Made by a program: the position numbers and the translations under genes | Assembly (NCBI GenBank): GCA_035358815.1 | Contig: DAOPQC010000001.1 | Span: 481,309-545,308, forward strand | From: Thermoanaerobaculales bacterium | GTDB lineage: Bacteria; Acidobacteriota; Thermoanaerobaculia; Thermoanaerobaculales; Sulfomarinibacteraceae | Length of the DNA stretch: 64,000 nucleotides | Direction of reading: 5' to 3' | Notes under the pieces: generated by a model | The model's input: only the letters and a program-made list of their open reading frames with translations | Database searches by the model: none | Told to the model about the DNA's origin: nothing | Shown here: positions 59,036 through 64,000 of the stretch, piece after piece | Layout: every line of letters begins with the position of its first letter | Numbering within the stretch: the stretch's first letter is position 1

Positions 59036-62000
59036 ATGGGACGCAAACTTCTCGTGACGGCTGTGTGTGTGCTCGTCGTTGGCGTGGTCGGCGCGGCGGA
59101 GCCACGCTGGATCGCATTCTCCGACGACATGAATGAGGCCGGGGTCGAGATCCTGAGCTCGAGCGCGAACGGGATCGAGTTCATGGTCGAGCTGCCCGGC
59201 ATCGCGCTTTCCAGCGCGGCGACCGACGGCGGCCAGTTCGTCCGGGTCGAGGTGCCGGGCCTCGGCCGGATCGGGGCGGTGGGCGAGCCGGAGCTGCCGG
59301 CGCTGCGCCGGTTCGTCGAGATCCCGGACGGCGCCCAGGTCGAGATCGACGTGAACGTCATCGAGAGCCGCGTCATCGACCTCGCGGCCGAGGGCATGGC
59401 GGTGCCGGTCGAGCCGGTGCAGATGCCGCGGCCCAAGTGCGACTGCGAGGAGGCTCGCAACTGGCGCTTCTCCTACAGCCCGGAGGCCTACCGCGGGACG
59501 ATCGCGCATCCGACCGCGCTCACCGGCCCATTCACCTTCCGCGACCACCGCATGATGCTGCTCGCACTCGCGCCCGTGAGATACGACGTTGACCGGGGCA
59601 GGCTCGAGGTGACCACCCGGGCCCAGGTCTCCCTCCGCTTCACCGGCGGCGACCTCGCGGCCACCGTCGACCGCAAGGAGCGGCTGGCGAGCCGCCACTA
59701 CGACGCCTTCCTCGGCAAGGCAACCGTGAACCTCAACATGAACCTGGAGGGGGCGAACTGGGCGTACCCGGACGACGCGCCGGTCGAGTTCCTGATCATC
59801 ACGCCGCCCCAGTTCGTGACCGCGCTCGAGCCCTTCGTCGAGTGGAAGACGAGCTGCGGCTACCACGTCACGGTGACCACCACCGACGTGGCCGGCACCA
59901 CGACCAGCGCCATCAAGAGCTACCTGACCGGGCTCTACAACGGCGCGACGCCGCCGGTCTACATCCTGATGATCGGCGACTCGCCGTCGCCGCTCCCGAC
60001 CTACACCAACTCGGGAGGAGGCTACGGCGGCACCGACCTGCCGTACGTCCAGATGGACGCCGACCTCTACGCGGACATGATGATCGCGCGCTGGCCGATC
60101 GACGACACCACCGAGCTCGCGAACGTGCGCGACAAGATCCTGTGGTACGAGCAGCCGACCGCCGGCAACTCGGCCTGGCTCAACCGGGCGCTGTTCCTGG
60201 GCGGTGACGACTACATGGGGTGGTACCCGACCCACGAGGACGTGATCGCCCAGCTGATGGCGCCGCCGCCCAACAGCGCCGAGTGCGCGCTGTGGTACGG
60301 CGACACCCAGAACCCGACCACCCAGCAGCTGATCAACGACCTCAACACCGGGCGCGGATGGGCGGTGTACTCGGCGCACTCCGGGCCGGATGGATGGTCG
60401 GGCGACCCGCCGCTGTCGAGCGGCGACATGCCCAACTTCGGCAACACCGACATGTACCCGGTCTCGCACGGCCACTCCTGCTCGTCGAATGAGTGGAACA
60501 ACTACGGCGACGTCTTCGGCGAGGCGGCGGTGATCCAGCCGTCGAAGGGCTTCGTGGCGTACTGGGGCGCCTCGAACTCGAGCTACTGGGACGGCGACGA
60601 CTGGCTGGAGCGCGGGTTCTTCGACGCCATGTTCGACACTGACATGACCGGCAACATGATCCCGCTCGACCGCCAGTACTCGAACCTCGCCGCCTGCTAC
60701 GCCGGCCTGACCGAGGTCACGCTGCAGGGCGGCGACGAGCAGTACTACTGGTACCTCTACAACCTCAACGGTGACCCGACCCTTGATCCCTTCACCCGGC
60801 AGCCGATCGCGCTCGACGTTGGCGCGCCGCCGGTGGTGCCGCCCACCGCCATCGCCGACTTCGAGGTCACGGTGTCCGACGGTGCAATCGGTCCGGTGCC
60901 GCTGGCGCTCGTGGGCGTCAGCCAGGACGGGGTCCTGCTCGGCGCCGGGATGACCGACGCCACCGGCACCGCGATCTTCCCGATCGAGGCGCCGACGGCG
61001 GGCTCGGACATGACGGTGAGGGTCACCGCCCACAACCACCTGCCGACCGACGCCACCGTGATCGTGGCCGCGGGATCGGACGGGGTGGTGACGCTCGACC
61101 GGTCAATCTACCGCTGCGACTCGACGGTCGGGATCGACGTCTTCGACGAGGACCTCGCGGGCCACGGCACCCAGTCGGTGACCCTCTCGGCACAGCCCTC
61201 CGGGGGCAGCACGACCGTGATCCTGTCGGAGGTCGGCGGGCCGGTCGTCCGCTTCTCGGGCTCCGCCGTCCTCGGCAGCGCCCTCAGCGTCGCCGACGGC
61301 GACACCCTGACCGTCACCTACTACGACCAGAACACCGGCGGCGGCTCGGGCCAGAACAAGACCGACACGGCCATCCTGGACTGCGCGGGGCCGCTGATCA
61401 GCGATGTGGAGCTGGAGGCGACCGAGGCCTCGGTGACGGTGCGGTTCACCACCGACGAGCCGGGGACCACGGTGGTCCACTACGGGACCACGCGGCCGCC
61501 CCAGCTGGCGGTGTCGGACCCGGCGCTGCGCACCCAGCACGAGATCGTGATCGAGGGCGTCGACCCGTGCACCTACTACTTCGTCGGCGTGGAGTCGGCG
61601 GACGCGCTCGGCAACGTCGGCGTGGACACCAACGGCGGCTCTTACTACGGCATCGAGACCATGGGCTGGCAGGTGTTCCTGTCCGAGCCCTTCGACGCGG
61701 ATCCGGGCTGGACGATCGACAACGGCGGCAACAGCCACGGCTGGGCGTTCGGCCAGCCGACCGGCGGCGGCGGCCAGTACGGGGAGCCGGACCCGACCTC
61801 GGGCCACACCGGGACCAACGTCTACGGCGTCAACTTGGTCGGTGACTACGACCCCAACCTGACGGCCGACCAGCTCAAGCTGACGACGCCGTCGCTCGAC
61901 CTCAGCGAGGCGACCTCGGTGATGCTCCGCTACTGGCGGTGGCTGGGCGTGGAGAGCCCGAGCTACGACCACGCGCGCGTGCAGGTGTCGGTGGACGGCG

Positions 62001-62272
62001 GGGCGTTCGTGACGGTGTGGGAGAACACCGACACGATCGACGGCGGCTCGTGGGTGGAGGAGGTGGTGGACGTCACCGCGCAGGCGGCGGGGCACGCCGA
62101 CGTGCGGATTCGGTGGACGATGGGGCCGACCGACTCGTCGTGGCAGTTCGCGGGCTGGAACCTGGACGACGTGGTGATCGAAGGGGCGTTCCCGTGCGAC
62201 GGGTCGCCGATGCCCTTCGTGGACGGGTTCGAGTCCGGGGACTGCTCGGCCTGGAGCCTGATGGTGCCTTGA
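59036..62272 (+). CDS. secreted gingipain-like cysteine peptidase (family C25) with Ig/FN3-like and jelly-roll (MAM/LamG-like) C-terminal domains
   Basis: Signal peptide. Motifs: EFLIITPPQFVTALEPFVEWKTSCGYHV, YILMIGD, YSAHSGPDGW, and SHGHSCSSNEW (candidate His/Cys dyad). The C-terminal tail is DGFESGDCSAWSLMVP. Confidence 0.7.
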   Translation: MGRKLLVTAVCVLVVGVVGAAEPRWIAFSDDMNEAGVEILSSSANGIEFMVELPGIALSSAATDGGQFVRVEVPGLGRIGAVGEPELPALRRFVEIPDGAQVEIDVNVIESRVIDLAAEGMAVPVEPVQMPRPKCDCEEARNWRFSYSPEAYRGTIAHPTALTGPFTFRDHRMMLLALAPVRYDVDRGRLEVTTRAQVSLRFTGGDLAATVDRKERLASRHYDAFLGKATVNLNMNLEGANWAYPDDAPVEFLIITPPQFVTALEPFVEWKTSCGYHVTVTTTDVAGTTTSAIKSYLTGLYNGATPPVYILMIGDSPSPLPTYTNSGGGYGGTDLPYVQMDADLYADMMIARWPIDDTTELANVRDKILWYEQPTAGNSAWLNRALFLGGDDYMGWYPTHEDVIAQLMAPPPNSAECALWYGDTQNPTTQQLINDLNTGRGWAVYSAHSGPDGWSGDPPLSSGDMPNFGNTDMYPVSHGHSCSSNEWNNYGDVFGEAAVIQPSKGFVAYWGASNSSYWDGDDWLERGFFDAMFDTDMTGNMIPLDRQYSNLAACYAGLTEVTLQGGDEQYYWYLYNLNGDPTLDPFTRQPIALDVGAPPVVPPTAIADFEVTVSDGAIGPVPLALVGVSQDGVLLGAGMTDATGTAIFPIEAPTAGSDMTVRVTAHNHLPTDATVIVAAGSDGVVTLDRSIYRCDSTVGIDVFDEDLAGHGTQSVTLSAQPSGGSTTVILSEVGGPVVRFSGSAVLGSALSVADGDTLTVTYYDQNTGGGSGQNKTDTAILDCAGPLISDVELEATEASVTVRFTTDEPGTTVVHYGTTRPPQLAVSDPALRTQHEIVIEGVDPCTYYFVGVESADALGNVGVDTNGGSYYGIETMGWQVFLSEPFDADPGWTIDNGGNSHGWAFGQPTGGGGQYGEPDPTSGHTGTNVYGVNLVGDYDPNLTADQLKLTTPSLDLSEATSVMLRYWRWLGVESPSYDHARVQVSVDGGAFVTVWENTDTIDGGSWVEEVVDVTAQAAGHADVRIRWTMGPTDSSWQFAGWNLDDVVIEGAFPCDGSPMPFVDGFESGDCSAWSLMVP

Positions 62273-62312
62273 GGCTGAGGATCTGGGGGCTGGGATCTGG
62301 GGGATAGGGCCC
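62273..62312 (+). repeat. heptad array immediately after the peptidase stop
   Basis: TGAggcTGAGGATCTGGGGGCTGGGATCTGGGGGATAGGGCCCC. Confidence 0.9.
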
Positions 62313-62351
62313 CGCCCAGCCCGTTGCGACGTGACGTGCAGAAGCGATCGG

Positions 62352-62380
62352 GCGGGCCCTTCGGGGCCCGCTCATTCTTC
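62352..62380 (+). terminator. rho-independent terminator candidate
   Basis: GCGGGCCC-ttcg-GGGCCCGC followed by tcattcttc. Confidence 0.6.
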
Positions 62381-62448
62381 CCGCATCCGCATCTTCGCCC
62401 GGGAGGCGAGGCGAGTGCGCGGCAAGTGCGTCTGGCGGGCGTGCCATC

Positions 62449-62509
62449 TTTGGCGATTTCGGGAGTGGCGGTCCTGCTGAAGAAGCGCTCGAGAACCGAA
62501 ATCGCCAAA
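62449..62509. repeat. 14-bp perfect inverted repeat with a 33-nt loop
   Basis: TTTGGCGATTTCGG (62449-62462) and CCGAAATCGCCAAA (62496-62509). Confidence 0.9.
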
Positions 62510-62517
62510 TGTGGCTC

Positions 62518-62712
62518 CCTCGGGGAGCGCCTCCGGAGAATTGGCGCGAAGCGCTCTTGAGGACGGAGCGAACGAGCGGGCACGGGCACGGATGCGGGCA
62601 CGGGAACGGGAACGGGTACGGGAACGAAGGCGGGCGCTGCAGGGGAAGTCGAGGCGGACGAGGGGAAGGGCCTTGACCCCCTGTCCCCCAACCCCTACTC
62701 CCTATCCCCTGG
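62518..62712 (-). repeat. composite element in minus orientation: 68-nt core, G-hexamer array, C-rich heptads
   Basis: Core 62518-62585 is the inverted match of 9233-9300. GGGCACGGGCACGGATGCGGGCACGGGAACGGGAACGGGTACGGGAACG. gaCCCCCtgtCCCCCaaCCCCtactCCCtatCCCCtgg. Confidence 0.9.
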
Positions 62713-62724
62713 GTGGGAGGGGGC

Positions 62725-62733
62725 TGCTATACT
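62725..62733 (+). promoter_or_regulatory. extended -10 element TGcTATACT upstream of infC
   Basis: Read directly from the sequence. I see no good -35. Confidence 0.35.
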
Positions 62734-62810
62734 CTGCGGTGACCATGGGCATCCTGCGAGGAATGGTCCGAGCCGGCCCATGAGCAACCTGTGACCAAAG
62801 GAGGTTGGAC

Positions 62811-63359
62811 ATTCGGAAGTACGCATTTCGTGATGACCCCGATGCGCCGCAAGTGCGCATCAATGAACGGATCAGACTCTCCCCCGTTCGCCTCATCGAC
62901 GACGAAGGCAACCAGGTCGGCGTGGTGTCGGTCGACGAGGCGCTCCAGCGCGCGCGCGACAAGGGCCTCGACCTCGTCGAGGTGGCCGCAAACTCGCGGC
63001 CGATCGTGTGCAAGATCATGGACTACGGGCGCTTTCGCTACGAGCAGGAGAAGAAGGCGCGCGAGGCCAAGAAGCAGCAGCACCAGGTCGACCTCAAAGA
63101 GGTCAAGTACCGTCCCAACATCAACATCCACGACTTCGAGACCAAGACGCGCCGGGCCCGCGAGTTCCTGGAGGAGGGCAAGCACGTCAAGGTGACCATC
63201 ATGTTCCGGATGCGCGAGATGCGGCGCCCGGAGAACGGCTACGAGCTGCTCCGCCGGGTTTACGAGAGCCTGAAGGACGCCGCCAAGATGGAGCGTGAGC
63301 CGTCGAAGGAGCTGGAGGGCCGGGACCTCACCATGGTGCTGAGGCCGCTCAAGAAGTAG
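62811..63359 (+). CDS. infC: translation initiation factor IF-3, probable ATT start codon
   Basis: VRINERIRLSPVRLIDDEGNQ...PIVCKIMDYGRFRYEQEKK. GGAGG at 62800-62804, a 6-nt spacer, then ATT at 62811-62813. The track start TTG 62805 abuts the SD. Confidence 0.85.
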   Translation: MRKYAFRDDPDAPQVRINERIRLSPVRLIDDEGNQVGVVSVDEALQRARDKGLDLVEVAANSRPIVCKIMDYGRFRYEQEKKAREAKKQQHQVDLKEVKYRPNINIHDFETKTRRAREFLEEGKHVKVTIMFRMREMRRPENGYELLRRVYESLKDAAKMEREPSKELEGRDLTMVLRPLKK

Positions 63360-63395
63360 CCGGCGCCGGCCGCTGCCGAAGCGGCGCCGCTCCAG

Positions 63396-64000
63396 TCACT
63401 CCGCACCCCGCCGGTCCAGGTTCGCGCGGACGATGGCCAGGCTGTGCCGGAACTGCGCGAACGGGATCCGGCGCAGCGCGCTGCCCTGCCGCCAGGCCCG
63501 GTAGCCCTCCTCGTCGAGCGCCTCCAGCTCGGCAAGCGGAGGCCGCAGGCGGTGCGCGGCGGGGGCGAACTCGTCGTGGAGATCGGCCGGCGCCCGGCGC
63601 GTCCACGGACAGACCTCCTGGCAGATGTCGCAGCCGGCGACCATCGATCCCATGGCCGGCCGCAGCTCCTCCGCCACCGGCCCCCGATGCTCGACCGTGA
63701 GGTAGGCGATGCAGCGCCGCGCATCGAGCACTCGCGGCCCCGGGAACGCACCGGCCGGGCAGGCGTCAAGGCACGCCGTGCAGCGGCCGCAGTGGTCGCT
63801 CACCGGGCCGTCGGGCGCCAGCGGCGCGGTGGTCATCAGCACCCCGAGGAACAGCTCTGAGCCCAGCCGGCGGTTGAGCAGGCTGGTGTTCTTGCCGATC
63901 CATCCCAGCCCGGCGCGGGCCGCCCACTCGCGCTCGAGCACCGGCGCCGTGTCGACGCAGGCCCGCCAGCCGGCCCCGGGCCGCTCCGTCTCGAGCCAGC
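63396..64000 (-). CDS. queG: tRNA epoxyqueuosine(34) reductase QueG, C-terminal part (continues past the right edge)
   Basis: GLGWIGKNTSLLN, CGRCTACLDACPAGA, CIAYLTVE and CDICQEVCPW (4Fe-4S motifs). The reading frame stays open to the window end. Confidence 0.8.
   Translation of the reverse strand, partial: WLETERPGAGWRACVDTAPVLEREWAARAGLGWIGKNTSLLNRRLGSELFLGVLMTTAPLAPDGPVSDHCGRCTACLDACPAGAFPGPRVLDARRCIAYLTVEHRGPVAEELRPAMGSMVAGCDICQEVCPWTRRAPADLHDEFAPAAHRLRPPLAELEALDEEGYRAWRQGSALRRIPFAQFRHSLAIVRANLDRRGAE

Overview
High-GC (roughly 70%) bacterial chromosomal segment. I call 53 protein genes, almost all recognisable housekeeping genes. The gene set (acidobacterial-type VWA protein, LVIVD-repeat proteins) hints at an Acidobacteriota-like organism, but that is a low-confidence guess. 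Two conserved translation/RNA operons dominate: rimP-nusA-infB-DUF503-rbfA-nrnA-truB-rpsO-pnp on the minus strand (41123 down to 30855) and ffh-rpsP-KH-rimM-trmD on the plus strand (48330-51587). Also present are argS, argF, proS, trxA, tpx, infC, recO, birA, dsbD, fbaB, two acyl-CoA dehydrogenases and methylmalonyl-CoA epimerase. Three large secreted proteins sit between these genes: two paralogous LVIVD-repeat proteins and a gingipain-like C25 peptidase. I found no rRNA, tRNA, CRISPR array, transposase, integrase, reverse transcriptase or recognisable multi-gene defence system. The unusual signal is non-coding. At least 13 intergenic spacers carry an oriented, composite repeat architecture. 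Its parts are 7-bp periodic G-tract arrays that start at or overlap stop codons, 6-bp periodic (CCCGTT)n / (GGGAAC)n arrays arranged as inverted arms, and in some copies a conserved core (63 of 68 nt identical between two inverted copies). These elements also sit inside the infB-rbfA operon and carry near-identical tandem duplications. Other notable points are an ATT start codon for infC, a terminator-like hairpin in the rimP-nusA leader, a FadR-like palindrome upstream of an acyl-CoA dehydrogenase, and an AT-rich island with a consensus promoter upstream of hsp20. Many long ORFs in the supplied track are high-GC shadow frames and were rejected. All product calls come from motif recognition by eye and no searches were run.
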